64,000 nt of DNA from Callorhinchus milii (lineage: Eukaryota): contig NW_024704743.1 in the NCBI RefSeq assembly GCF_018977255.1, forward strand, positions 112,160,001 through 112,224,000. The letters are read 5' to 3'. Every line of letters begins with the position of its first letter. The stretch's first letter is position 1. A program made the position numbers and the translations under genes. Positions 38,161-51,520 of the stretch are shown one piece after another. The notes under the pieces are model-generated. The model saw only the letters and a program-made list of their open reading frames with translations. It did not search any database and was not told where the DNA came from.

Positions 38161-39279
38161 AAGTTTTTATTGATATAATGCGTGGGTCTAGAAGTGACAG
38201 ACCCACAGAAAACAAGCCTCAGATTCAGTGAATATAAATGCAAACCTTTTATAGGTTCAAACTGAATATTAAAGTAGTCATTTTTGCGAGTGTTTCTTGC
38301 CTTGTCAGCTGATGTGCTGAACACCCACCCAGCACTGTTCTGAGACTTATCATAATGCTTGTGGTCGTGGTTAAGCCACGTAGAAAAGGTGAACACATTC
38401 AGCTTTCAAATCTCTGTCCAGATCGATGGTGTATTCAACACACCTTAGTTGCTGTGTATAACTGGGGCTACTGGCTATTCACTAGATTGATTCCCAGAGA
38501 CATTCTATTCAATCTGATAACTTGGGAGTGGCCAAGCCGCGAGTCAGTTATCAAGGACACAACTAGGAAAAAAGCCTGATATTTTAATGTGGATGATTTA
38601 CTCATTTCACTGCCCACGGGAATCGATAATTTATTTGCATGCAAAATATCGCAGCAAAATTATTTCTAAAAGAGCTGCGTGCAATTTGCCACTGCTGATG
38701 ACGGAATCACTAACACTGGGATGCTGTTAACAATTTGTCCAATTATACACACTGCAATGTTATTGTGCAATGCTTCCTATTAAAGAAGAAGGAAAGCAGC
38801 ATTGCTGCTAGCTTACACGTGGGTATGCTGAGCAGTCTGCACCTGCTACTTCCCACCCACCTCCAGGCTGCCTTGGTTTCCCAGGTGATGCACGGTTCGA
38901 TAACTGACAATTGCTGCTGACCCCCACAAATGACGGAGAGAGGAAGGGGGGAAAGGAGGGAGGTGTCAGGGCCTTCAGCTCCTTTCATTATGTAAATACA
39001 ATATTTTTGTAAAAAGCATTTCTATATATATATATAGAAAGAAACTGGGGAATGATAACATAGAGTAATGTACTTGGTATTTAAATTGTAACAAAAATCT
39101 GCACAGCTCCTTCAAACAAATAAAAACTGAGTGAAGCCATTCAAGATTCCTTTTGTAGCTACACAAGCTTTGAATAGTCCCAGTGGATCCTCCTGCACCT
39201 GTGAGAAAAACCATTGGAAGCAAGTCTTACCTGTGGTGCATGTGATTTAAGGATGACTTTGACATTGGTGAAGTTTTTT

Positions 39280-39430
39280 TGGTCAGCCGGGTATCTTGAC
39301 ACATGCAAAAACCCATCACCATGCATAATAGTATCCAAACCAAGCTGAGATTTCCATGCATCCCACCTACACATGGAAATCCCAGAGATAAATTGTTGGA
39401 ATGGAATGCACACTCTCCCTGGAGGGATTC
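39280..39430 (+). repeat. Unclassified ancient repeat family C copy
   Basis: GATTTCCATG-loop-CATGGAAATC hairpin and AATGGAATGCACACTCTCCCTGGAGGGA, shared with the copies at 9005, 24545 and 40700. Confidence 0.65.
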
Positions 39431-39610
39431 ACTGGCTGTTCGTACATTTATTCCTATTTATTTCTTATCTCTGCCCAGCACTGATTGCAATAAATTCTGG
39501 ATGTGACAATATTGCTCATTATTATTTTCATTACAGGCAACATCAGTCTGCTGTGATCTCATTATAGTTGTTTACCAGTCTTGAAATTGGTGTTGAAAAA
39601 GTTCTGTTAA

Positions 39611-39840
39611 GATGACCCCAGTGGCTCAGTTTGGGTTGCTACAGTGAGTGGATGAGACCTACAGAGCGGGAAAAGCCCTAAGTTGAACACTTGGTCTTTG
39701 CTGAGTGAGCAGATTTAAGCTGGGTCAGCAAAGGGGAAGGAGATAGGCGTTAAAATTGCCTTTGGAACCCCAGGTTAGGGAGGGGAAATAAAATCAGACA
39801 GATTTTTCCCACTGGGGATTGCTGTCAAGGGACACCCATC
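39611..39840 (+). mobile_element. AmnSINE2-like ancient SINE (5' ~230 bp)
   Basis: CCCAGTGGCTCAGTT..TGGTCTTTGCTGAGTGAGCAGATTTAAGC..CCCAGGTTAGGGAGGGGAAATAAAATCAG follows the AmnSINE2 consensus as I recall it. Confidence 0.5.
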
Positions 39841-40214
39841 AACCAACCAGAAACAAAACACCTCCCAAGCACTGAACAAAGTGAGCCCCAGCCCCAAAAC
39901 AAACAAAAACAATCCGACGTTGGCTGCTAAAAAGATATTATTTTAGAAATAATCCACGGCCATTGCAAAGAAAAAAATCATAGACACCAAACAAACAGAT
40001 GGACAACTTAATACACGAGCTACAGACACCTGCTGCTGCTACAACATCTCAGCAAACAGTGTTTTGGCCGGCAAAGGAAACCTATCTTTGCCATTTTGCT
40101 TGCGTTTATTCTCTTGTAAACACAGTAACTCCCATAAACATCACCGAAACGTACAGCTGGGATACAAGTCATGACTTTTATTTCACTTGTGAAACGACCC
40201 GGAGAATTCCGGAG

Positions 40215-40915
40215 AGTGTGCAAGGCTCGTGAGGTATCCTGACTGCCTGCTTCTGAAATTGAGGTTTACGGTTTCACTCCCACTGCATTCTGCAAACCAT
40301 TTCAGACCCATTTGCCTCCACAACTGCATTCCATTTGCATGGCACACAATTGTGCTTTAGGTGTCTGATATATGTGGAAGTCCATCAATATGCTTAAGAA
40401 TATCTAAACCAGACATCTGTATGCCACCTTCTCTCTGCCTCTTCCAATAGACATTAAAGATCCCATGGCACTATCCGAAAAAGGGAGTTTCTCCTGATGT
40501 CCTGGCCAACAATATCCCAAATAAAATGTTCATTCATTCCATGGCTGTTTGTGGGACTCTGCTGTGCTCCATTAGCTGCCAGGGCCATCCACGAAATACA
40601 CAGTTAATCCACTTTACTGTATATCCTGTGAAGCGCTTTGAGATGTTTCGATGACATGATAAGCTGCTGTATCAAATGCAAGGATTATTATTTTTATTAC
40701 CTACACATGGAAATGTCCCATGTCTGAAATGGAATGTGCGTTCTCTCCCTGGAAGGAGTTACCTCGCTTGCTCAACTCCAGAGAGAACTTGGGGGCCCCA
40801 GTTGCTGTAGTGTAACCAGCTGAAACCACCTAGCTTGCCATTGAGAGAACTGTCTGGCGGGCTTCCTGCTGATTGACCAGCTCGGACTACACTACCCAAT
40901 CAGGGCTTTAGTTTG
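40215..40915 (+). repeat. Longest copy of ancient family C, interrupted by a family B SINE
   Basis: Possible tRNA-like head (GGCTCGTGAGGT..GGTTTCACTCCC) and segments matching the other three copies. Confidence 0.5.
40432..40699 (+). mobile_element. SINE family B, 5'-truncated (nested in family C)
   Basis: AAAGATCCCATGGCACTAT..GTCCTGGCCAAC..CAAATGCAAGGATTATTATT. Confidence 0.85.
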
Positions 40916-43914
40916 TAGGGTTAACAGAAGGAAAAATCTCTGCTCCCAGTAACTGGACGGATACAAAACTTCCTGCTGCAAATTGAAAGTAAAAATGTCA
41001 CCCTCTCAAGCTGGACTTTTGTAGGAGGTGCACTGAAAATAATCAGATTACTCTTAAATGGGGGGCAAGACAGCTGCTGTGGTTGTGCTATATTGCTGAC
41101 AGTGTGCCTTTCCTTCGCGGATGTGGCCTGCGACACAGATAAATAAAACGCACGCTCACTCAAAGACAAGAGGTAAATTAAAAATAAAATATTGCCGGTC
41201 AAACTCCAGGCACCATCACTGGTGTGAAATTATTCCACATCTCATGCAAATGGGCATCGCTTCCCTGTTGTATTTGTACACGGTCCCACAATTGCTTACT
41301 TAAGGCCTTGATCAGGCTTCATGTCCAAACTGCACACTCCCCGTTTTTCATTTGAGCGTTTTGGCAACATGACTGACAGGACTTTCTGTGGTATGAAAAC
41401 CCGATCGGCTGTTGGCAGATCCTGATCAGTCGAGGGGTGTTTTTCTTTCTTTAAAAAGTGTCAGTTTGAGGCACTTGTTTTACATCACGTAGCACATCAG
41501 CAACTCAAACCTAAAACCTGCGTATAGCAATGCAATCGTTTGGCATAGAGTATCGCTGTGGTACTAGTTATTTTTTTTGAAATTGCTGCATAAATGCAAT
41601 CTCCACATTGAAAATGACTCCTCAGACTGTGGGTGTCTGTGTTGATGGATGTATTTATTGCTCTGCTTGGATGCAATGCCTAGACTCAGAGAGACAACAT
41701 TTTGCTCTTATTGCTGAATACCTGAAAATGCAAAAATATTATTTTCTTAAGAAAGTTAACCTACACAGCAAAGTGTAAAAAATCATTGGCAGGATCTCTC
41801 CCCCCACATCCCTACACACACACACACACAATTTTTTTTATTGAAAACTGAGCTATTTTCTTTTTGAATAAATGAAAACAAGTGTTGCAGTAGACATGAA
41901 AAACTGCTGAATGTCATTATTAAGAAGATCAAAGCACACCATTCATTCATTACAGAATAAACTTCAGAATCTTAGCTCACCATTTGCCTGTTATGGTCAG
42001 AATTTAACAATTAATTTCATATGTGCAGGTCTCTCTGGGACCCATTTAGAAAGGGACCCTGTTTGAAATATCACCTCAAGCATCTTATTCTTTCAGATTT
42101 AATAGGTTGATCCTGAATACCAGTGTTACATTTCCCAAGAAATACTAAACGAAGATCTATTCAGGCTGAAATTCGTTATTCATTTCTGCATTTGCACACA
42201 AAATACTTCAGATGTACCACAAATTATGAAATTTATTTATTTAATTGATTTGATTATTTTGCCAGGAAAGAAAATTCCAATATTTATTTCCTTTTACCAG
42301 AAAACGAAATATATTTTAAGTAGTGACACACACCATGTGTTATTCAATCTAACACTGGCTAATTTGCAACCCTGACATTAAATGAAATACGTGTTTTTTA
42401 AGAACACCAAATGTAACATTATGGCAGAAAAGCAGCGATAATAATGACTCGATTCCATGCAGTGGGAACTAAAAAATAATGTTTAGCAAATTCTTTGGAA
42501 TAGGCATTACCAAAATTTTATTTCAAGCACTGCGAATGCTTGAACAACCATGTTGTATTTTATTAATATCATAATTCAAACAGAAATTCATTTAACCCCC
42601 CTGGTGCTCCCATCAAAACTGAAAGTTGCAAATTCTAGGTGGCACTGCCTAGACAGTAATATCAAATTTTAATAACAGTTTCTCTCCTCCAGCCACCTCT
42701 ATTCTGAATGAGAGCATAAATTGGTATGGCTTGACCACTATTACTTTTGGAACCAATCTGACTTCTACACACCCTCATCTCAACATATCTGATGCCTGCT
42801 CCCAACGCATTATTGATAGCAAAGAAAGGTCATATGATAAATGAGAGACAAAAAAAATCAGAACATATTAGTCTGCAGCTTTGTTATCAGTGTGCGCCGA
42901 GATAACAGAATTTTTTTATTTCACTTTTCCCGTGAATAATTTTAAGTTGCATTTTTTTTCCCCCAGGCTGGGCAGACCTGAAAATAAAAGAAGATGATTT
43001 GCTTCCTAGCATTTGTCTCTTGGTCAATACATACCAGAAATAATAATGAACATTAATAACAGAGAGTGTGCATTGTGCTACAATTAAAGAAGCCACCAGT
43101 GCTCAGTTTGCTTCAGATGCTGTCCTGACTGGATATCAGGCTCCCTAAATTTGCAAGAACGAGGCCTGCAATGGTAGAAAATTATTTGATACTCTATTCA
43201 AGCCACCAAGATCTGCATTAATCAGCTCTGAAGAGAGACACGACCACATTGTGCTGGATTCATGGGTACGAGGCGTACTCTAGTGAAATTATTTCACAAC
43301 ATGCAACAGACGAGAGAGAAATAAAAATGTGGCATGAAAAGAGGAAATATGGTTGGGACTAAACAGTGATCAGATTAAAGGCAAACAGCACCTTCAAACT
43401 GGTAGGATTGAAAAGGTTATTTTTACAAGCAAACGCTTGCTTCAGTACCCCACAAACGGAATATTTCTTTTTCATTACAGGTTAAGTAAACTAATTGCAT
43501 TTCACAAACTTTTGCTGTTGCCTGGCATCACTTTATTCTCCCCTAAAATCTCACTGTTTTAAAGCCGAACATTCATTAACATGAGACAGAAAGACACGAT
43601 GGAATGGCGTAGCACTTGAGCATTTAAATTCTGAACCTGACATTTGGGTCACTGAGATTAAAGATAAATGCCTCAATGTTAGTTTGTTCAGACTAAAAAG
43701 CCATATTTGCCAATTATTCCAAGTTCACAATGCTGACATTTCTGCATGGTTATAGCTGCAGCTCACCTCTTAAACAGCAGACGCTGTAAATAACAGACTG
43801 ATCGCCAGATTTGTAATCATGAAAGTTCAAAGAATGTAAGAAGTGCCCAACTGATCCTGGACATAGCAACACACAATCAATAGCTTGCATTTTAGCTCTT
43901 AGTATTATTATTAT

Positions 43915-44097
43915 TAAGAATGATTGATAATGATATTAATAATCTTTGCTTTTAACATAGCTCCTTATCACATTGATACAACATCTCAAAGTGATTTTAC
44001 TGTAAAGTGTAGTGACTGTATCTATAGGTAACATGGCAGAAAATTTGCACACAGCAACATCCCACAAACAGCCATGAACTGAAGACCAATTTTTATT
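43915..44097 (-). mobile_element. SINE 3' half
   Basis: CATCTCAAAGTG..TACTGTAAAGTGTAGTGACTG..CCCACAAACAGCCATG on the plus strand. Confidence 0.75.
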
Positions 44098-44859
44098 TAA
44101 AAAATTGTGAAGTTACTAAATAGTAAAGATCCTAACCCACAGTAGTATGTAATTGATACCACGACTACTGTATTATCTACCAGTTATGGAATGCAAACAA
44201 CACTGTGTATTACCTTGAAGACTTAGAAAGTCAAAAATGAGGAGGGGGGAGGGCGGAAAGGTAGATACAGAGCAAATTATTTTGGCCCCACTGTCAACTT
44301 TGGAGGTTTAAGAAATATCTTATCCTGTCAATTTGATTTGGTAGTAGGATGAAAAATGTCAAAAGTGAGGATGACAAATCAGTCTTGTGAGGGAAAGTGA
44401 CTCCGAGACAAGAGATGTCATTTTTCATGATTGCCATTTGGCTGCTGTGGGTTTTTTTGTGTTTCGTTATTGTTTTTTTTAAGACAAACACTGTCTTGTC
44501 GACATTTTCTTTGTGTGTGTGTGTGTGAAAATATGTATTTTATTAATAAAATGCTGGCTTCCTCAATAACATCCATGCTATTTTTTTTAAATCAACATAA
44601 TATACTTTGCAAGGAATCCTGTGAAATGCTTTGAGAAGTGTCCCCCCCGATGTGAAAGCCTCTGTATCAAATGCAAGGATTATTTATTGCATGCAAGTAT
44701 TTCAGGCATTCCTTAAAAGAAAGAATCGAAAGCCAAGATTTTTTTTCTTTCGAAACTTTTACGATGCAATCGTTTCATTTCTCACGTTAGAAACTTTAAA
44801 ACACAAGGCACTAAAGGGCTGTGATGTAGAGGTGAGCTAGCTTCATCTACCCAACAGCA

Positions 44860-45470
44860 CAGCCGTCATCAAAGTCAGAAAGCAGAGCACACTTCCCAAA
44901 GCCGCTGCATAATACGGGTAGTAATTAAGCCACAGCTTCAAGGTTGCATGGGCAAGAGCCAATTCACCCTAATGAAGTATCGATTGGCTGTATTCGAGGT
45001 AAAAGAAGTTGACATTCATTTAGAGGCAGCCTGGGTAAATACAACACAGTAGCGTTGTGGGACAAAAGCCAGTGACACCATCTCGGAGCCTCGCAGAAAC
45101 AATTAAGCATAATATTTATAGTGCCGACCACTCTTTAAAATTGGAGGTAATTACACAGATACAGCTCTGACGTCTGACTTCCAGGCACCGGAATTAACAC
45201 TTATTGGCAGATGCGTCGAAAACAAAGTTCAGTATGTCAATTACAGTCCTAATCTGCTGACCACATGCTAGCGAATTGTTGGTCAGACTGAGCGCACAAA
45301 ATTAAGTGGGATCTTGGAATAATATTATGGCTGTTGACACTGAGCTGTTAATCTTAATGTATCGTACGGAACTGCTGGAGTAATGCAGGGAACAAAATTA
45401 TGATTTTAAGTGGAGAGGTTAGATTGTAGAACCTCAGCAGCTGTCATTAAGCTGTAAAGATATCAGTGAA
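44860..45470. promoter_or_regulatory. Candidate conserved non-coding element / enhancer
   Basis: Complex unique sequence with no ORF of 60 aa or more, many TAAT/ATTA cores (TAATTA, CAATTA), TGACA/TGTCA sites and retained CpGs. Inference only. Confidence 0.4.
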
Positions 45471-46212
45471 ACGTTCCTCTGAATGCTGGAAATTCTATAT
45501 CCCTCAGAGAAGCAAACTTACCAGACCATTAGTCCTCATCATGCTTATTTTACTGATCATATTGGTTCTGGGGCATTCAAAGCGGAATTTCTAATATAAA
45601 CAGAAAATGGTGTATGAATCATCAGTCATGATGTGATATTGTTAATTCCCAAACCCTTTACAATAGTTTATTTCTTCTGTGGATGATTATTTTATACCGC
45701 ACGGAAACTATTAAACCAAAGATGCATTTCGATGTTTTGTGCAATCACATCATTTTTCATTACCGATGTCATTCCGCAGACTAATAGTTTTAAGACATGG
45801 TAGTTTTGTTAATGCAACAAACTAGGAAACAGTTTGCCTTTTCCAGTACATTTGTCCAATAAAACATTCTTGCCAAATCCATTATATCAAAAACTTCATT
45901 ATTATGAATTACAGCATTCAATGGCAGTGTCTGTCTATTTTGGTTAGCAATACAGAGAAAGGCCAGTTTCTTAATACATGCTCTTATTCCAGATACATTA
46001 ACAAAAAATAATAGCGATTTTTAAACCTCTTTAATCTTGTTTGTGTTTTTTTTCCTCACAATCAACATAATTACACATTTGTGCCTGAATTCAAGGAAAT
46101 ATATCGAGAGGGTTTGGGCTTAAAGAAAAAGATTTTCAAACTAGAATTTTCAGTTTTACATTAAAAGATCGGTCTCTGTTTTAAAGCCAGACAATTCTCA
46201 CTATTGTTATTT

Positions 46213-46375
46213 CATAATAATAATCATATTAATCATCATCATCGTTACATCTGGCATAGCACCCTTCATATCAAGAGGTTGTCCCAAAGCGCTTCACAGG
46301 ATATATTGTAAAGTGCAGTAATTTGGGGTTTTGTGGGCAATTGTGGCCCAGCAAAGTCTCACAAAATTTCATAAG
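46213..46375 (-). mobile_element. SINE tail fragment
   Basis: GTCCCAAAGCGCTTCACAGGATATATTGTAAAGTGCAG on the plus strand. Confidence 0.7.
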
Positions 46376-47004
46376 GAATTTTTTTTTGCAATCAGCCCTG
46401 GCCAAAGAACATAAGGGACTGAAGATTCTGGTATAATAGTATACCATCATAATATGGTAAATTAAAATATGTGCAAAAATGTCAGCTTTAATTTTATTAT
46501 AAAATATACATAGAAATATTTTTTAAAAAGTAACAAACCCCTCTTGATTCAATAAAGAATGTTGACGGTTAGCTTTTAATCCAAATTCTTTGGGGGGGTT
46601 TTGGGGGTTAAAGGGCTTAATCCAATTCACCAAGCGGGAAACGCCAAATTGTCTAGAGTCTAATCCCTTATCTAGGGACAAAACAATTACTCACAATTCC
46701 CAAAACCTAAGGAATTCTATATTTCCGGCTTCCCACTTACTCTATTGATCAGAAGTGAGATCTAACTAACTGGACTAACCAGATATTCTCAAATGGTCAA
46801 AAGCCCCTTAATTTGATTAAAGATAGAGGATTCACTAAATACCTTAAAACAAATCGATGATATTGAACAACATCTTCAACAGAAAGAAATTCATCTGTAT
46901 TTACGCTTTATAAAATATACATTTCAGAGGAAGGTATTCTAAAACTAATTTTAAAAAATCTCAGAAATGATTCTCAGTAAACTGCTTAAAAGAGCGATAC
47001 ACAG

Positions 47005-47137
47005 ATAGAAGCAGTATTGAGGGATATGGCAAAATGGGTAGGCATTGTGTAAAAAGATGTGCAAAGAATTAATATACTGGGGGAATGGTTCAGATGGGCT
47101 GAATGGCCTCCTCGTGTGCCTATTTTCCTATGTCCTA
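47005..47137 (+). mobile_element. CR1 LINE 3' end
   Basis: GAGGGATATGG..GATGGGCTGAATGGCCTCCTCGTG..TTCCTATGTCCTA. Confidence 0.75.
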
Positions 47138-47899
47138 GTACAAGTAACCCACTAAGACTTGGAGTCCTATTGATGCTTCAAACATTGCCTCAGCACAATG
47201 TCTGTTGTAAAAATAACCTTTCTTATAAAGAAACAATCAACAGGGCATTCACAATCATTCACATTTGATTTTTTTGAATATAAAGTCTGATCTAAGATTA
47301 ACAGTGTTTTAATCATTCATACATTGCAATATGTAATTTTACTGAGTCATCACTGTGTATCTGGCAATTGAACTATTTAAGTGAAATGAAACCTCTCAGC
47401 TTATTTTATTACTACAATATTTGCATTCACAAAGAAACTAAGTATTGCATTTACGTTGCTGTTTGCCATCACAGCAAGGAAGCAGATAGGCGCTGGTTTT
47501 AATATTGCCCAAATCCTAAATTTTGAATCCCATTGGCATGCCTTTATTTAGTGTCAGCGGCTGTGCAAATATTAACATCTAATATAATACCTCGCAATTA
47601 TGGTGTTCTGGATCCAAATCATAAGATTCATTATTTTTTAAGTCAGTTCCAGCATTCCAATATGCATCTTCAGAAATTAAACACATGCAAATAGTTTCTA
47701 ATTCAACACTGGAGCGCTCAATTGAATAATAAAACAATTCATAAAAATAGTATTGTGCAAAAAAAATGTAATTCTTTCTCAATTACATGAAGTTATGTGA
47801 CAAGCTATCCCAGCATGTAATTACAGAGGCTTCAGTTAACTCAAGGTTTCTTGTATGTGTCAAATAGGGCTTAAATATGTATTAGTTTGAACTGAAATG

Positions 47900-48590
47900 G
47901 GTGGGAGGGGTACCCATTGGATGCTCTCTCAGTTCTCTCTGGGACCTAGGTTCTAATCGAACAGAGGAATAAAGAGATTATAGCCTCTTCTCTCTACGAG
48001 TCTAACTGCTCAATGGAAAATATGCTTGACTGGTTTCAGACGGGAGGATGGTAGGAGGGTATTCTGGAGGGCTGAGATCAGATGGGCTGGAGAGTCATCT
48101 TCATCCAAGCCAATTTTGAGATCTTGTGAACTTAGTACCTACCAGGTACGATCCACAGCACAACACTGCCCCAAAATGTGAAACAACTTGTCACTAAATT
48201 GTCAGTCTCACTCAGTAGAGAGGTCAGAAGCATGGCCGATACTGGTAAAACAAAATGAAACATCATATTGGTTTAGAAGGGGGTAATAATTCCTTCCAAA
48301 ACAAATAATAATAATAAATTGATCAATAAATCCACGACTCTTTGTGGGACACTGCTTATGCACAATTGGCTGCTGAGTTTCGCCCACAAAATATGCAGTC
48401 AATTCACTTTACAGTATACTCTGTGAAACACTTTCAAAATCTCGAAGACGTGATAAGGCGCTGTATCAAATGCAAGGATTATTATTATATTATATTAGAA
48501 GAAGGCACTGTTCTAAGGTTGGGGGATGTTACTGGGGAAGAGCTTCACTCTACAGCTAGAATATAGGTAATGCTTCACCTGTAGTGATCG
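47900..48590 (+). mobile_element. LF-SINE-like relic split by a CR1-like tail (~48045-48130) and a family A SINE
   Basis: TCCACAGCACAACACTGCCCCAAA..TTGTCACTAAATTGTCAGTCTCACTCAGTAGAGAGGTCAG and ACTGGGGAAGAGCTTCACT resemble the LF-SINE body as recalled. Confidence 0.45.
48270..48495 (+). mobile_element. SINE family A, 5'-truncated at the internal hairpin
   Basis: Starts TTTAGAAGGGGGTAATAATTCCTTCCAAAA, then the standard 3' half. Confidence 0.85.
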
Positions 48591-49069
48591 GTGCTGTTAA
48601 CTGGGAAATCATTCTATTTCATAGTCCTAATATCTTCACAGTAAAACTCAGTAAAACTCACCAAAACAACCACTTGTGCTTTAATATGTGTAATTGTTCA
48701 CACTTTCCTGACATTACTTTTTGCTCTGCATTTTGAGGTAGGCTAAATTCTGATGGCATCTGTCTAGTGTTCTCATCAATCCCTCAAATGACACTCTTGA
48801 CGGAAAAATCTGAAGTACGTGTGAAAAAAAAGTATCTCAAACAGAGATAAAGAACAGTGAATAGTCACAGTGTTAACCACAACAACTTGCATTTATATAG
48901 TGCCTCTCATGCAGGATAGCATCTCAGAGCGCTTAACCCATTAAACGCTCACATTAACAAATCACAAATGATCATTTGTTGAATACTGTACGTGTCATTC
49001 AGATTTTAAAAAACAATGCTATACCTCTATTCAGAATAGACAATCTTGAAATAGCTGGAGAAATTTACA

Positions 49070-49235
49070 AATATAGAATTATAAAGAATGTTACAACACA
49101 GAAATAAGGCATTTGGGCCTAACTAGTCTGTGCCAATGTTTTTACGAGTCTCCACCCTTCTTCATCCCATCAGGTATACCCCTCTATTTCCTTCTCCCTC
49201 ATGAGTTTCCTCTTCAATATGTTGATGCTGAATTC
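49070..49235 (-). mobile_element. CR1 LINE 3' end
   Basis: ACAACACAGAAATAAGGCATTTGGGCCTAACTAGTCTGTGCC on the plus strand; reverse of the 26520 type. Confidence 0.7.
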
Positions 49236-50939
49236 AATAGTGCATTTTTCAGCTGCATTATCACAATAAAGTGCAACCAATTTTCAGACCACTTATGTGA
49301 CGCTAGTCTATGAGCTGTCGAATACCTGATATACTTTGTTAAATATTAGTGCAACAAAGGGTTTAAGGTATCATCCACATTCCTTTCGGAGACCAATAAG
49401 TAACAGGAAATATTCTTGGTTTATTTCAGGTCCTCGTTACTAAGGGCTGAATGTTTCCATTGCTGTACATGGAGTTTCATAATTGGCTTTCTGAGTGATG
49501 AAAGGGTATAAACAACTCATTGTGATAGACTTAATTCATTACCACAGGCCCTTCATAAACCATATTTGGATCCAGATTTATCCATTGTTTAGGAAATAAT
49601 CCATCCTTTGAATAACAACCAAAAAGGATAGATAGGGACTTTACTGATGAATCCCGAAGTTGATACCATCAGAAGAGAACCATTAGAATGAATTCCTTGT
49701 TCAGCTTGATCTTTTTCCAGTTCAGGAGTGAAGACGAAACTGCCTTGCTGAAAATATTTTGGTTGATAGAGAAGGACAAGACATGTTGGAAGCTTTCTCT
49801 CTATGTGTCTGGAAAATGCAGATATTCCCAATGTTCTTCTCATTAAGAACAGCTTGGAATGAATCTCCTGGTGATATCCCTCACCAAGAATGGCTAGCAA
49901 TAACCCTCTTAATTTCCTCCCCCACATAAGATCGAGCACCTGGCCCATGCTCAGCACCTCTTCAAATCACATTTGCAAACCAAACGTTACATTTTACAGT
50001 AAATCCTGTGAAGAACTGTGAGACGTCTTCCTGAAGTGAAAGGCACTATATCAAATGCCAGAATTATTATTACAGTCACAAGATTGACAGCAGAATGTTA
50101 AACAAGTGGGGAAATCAAGCTAGGTTCTGATCATTGCCATTGGTGTTCCAAAGTGCTGTGAGTGACCCTCTCATCTGGATCAAACAAACAGCATTTAAAA
50201 CCTTTTAGGAGGCTACAGAAAGGCGCAAAATAAATATCGCCAAACCTGGACCATCTCAATCTGACCTTATTGTAAATAAATCGGTGAAGCCCTCAGCTCA
50301 GTGCATTGATGTGATGAAAAGAAAATGGCAACTCAAATGCGTTGCATTTAGCAGAAATTCCAAATAGAAAACTGAACCAAACACATGCAGGAAACGTTTA
50401 AACCACAACAAAGAGAGTGGAAAATGTAAGTACGGGACTTGTGTTAGATGATGGACATTTATGTATGATGGTGTCACATGGGTGGTCAGGCAAAGACTTG
50501 CACCATGTATTCCATTTTCTGAGATGATACATGGCATGAAAAGGTGCATATATAGATCTATTTCAACGAAAAGTGACAATTTTAATATCTAACGGCCGGT
50601 TACAATTCAAACCATTAACAAAAAACAAATAAATACTGCTGGACAGTCGCCGTTGTAATTTGGGACATATTCAAAGGCTGCGTAACATATAGGTTGTTGT
50701 CTCGCACAGTATAAACAGGATAGCTCACCGGTGACAGTGTGTTGCAGACATTTGGTTTATTGTGTGGAAGACTGATATAGTTCACTCATGAAGGAACAGT
50801 AATTCACAAGTGAAATATACGCCATCAGGCAGCTGTTTGCAAGACTTTCCTTATAAATGGTCTGACCAGACAATGCTCAACATAGAATAGGCAGTCTCAT
50901 TTGTTTGTTAGATTTAGTACAGTCTAAATAAATGGCAAT

Positions 50940-51380
50940 ATCCATTTTGTGGAGCAAATGTTTAACAATTATTTGACGAATAAGGGGATAACATTCTCCT
51001 CTGACATATGCTTGAAAGGGACATTTTATATATTATGATAGGCTTGGATTTTCAAAATGCTTTTGAGAAGGCTGCGCATTCACAGGTAATGGCTGAGGTC
51101 ACAGTCTAGGGGTAAAGCACAATGTTATATAATAATAACATAATACTTGCATTTGATATAGGGCATTATCATGTCTTCGAGACATCTCAAAGCGCTTCAT
51201 AGAATAGACTATAAAGTGAATTAACTGTATATTTTGTGGGCAATGTTAGATAGAAGGCCGAGTTAGAAGGTAGATAAAGAGGTTTGCCATGAATGGAACT
51301 ATGAAAAGAAATTATGAGCAAGGTACTTTAGGAATTAGTCTTGAATCCCTTGCTGTTTATAATCTCTATATACATCTGGA
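50940..51380 (+). mobile_element. Old CR1 reverse-transcriptase fragment, interrupted by a SINE tail (51128-51243, minus)
   Basis: LDFQNAFEKAAH (compare LDFQKAFDKVPH) and VLNPLLFIISI (compare VLGPLLFxIYI). Confidence 0.65.
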
Positions 51381-51520
51381 ATAGGCTTTCCACAGCTAAT
51401 TTAAGGAGGAGAGCCTGCCGAGCTCAAATGGTAGATCATAAGAACCCTACCGACAGGGTTGTGGGCTCGTAACTTCACGTTTGACTTGGTGTGTTTTTAA
51501 AAAAAATTAAAAGTCAGATC

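Noticed and set aside
46440..46900. Odd homopolymer-rich stretch including GGGGGGGTTTTGGGGGTTAAAGGG (telomere- or G4-like)
   Set aside because: There is no regular repeat unit and only three adjacent G-runs. It may be low-quality sequence.
48638..48668. Short tandem duplications (CAGTAAAACT x2; also ATGAAGTCT x2 at 904-921)
   Set aside because: Ordinary slippage-size duplications.
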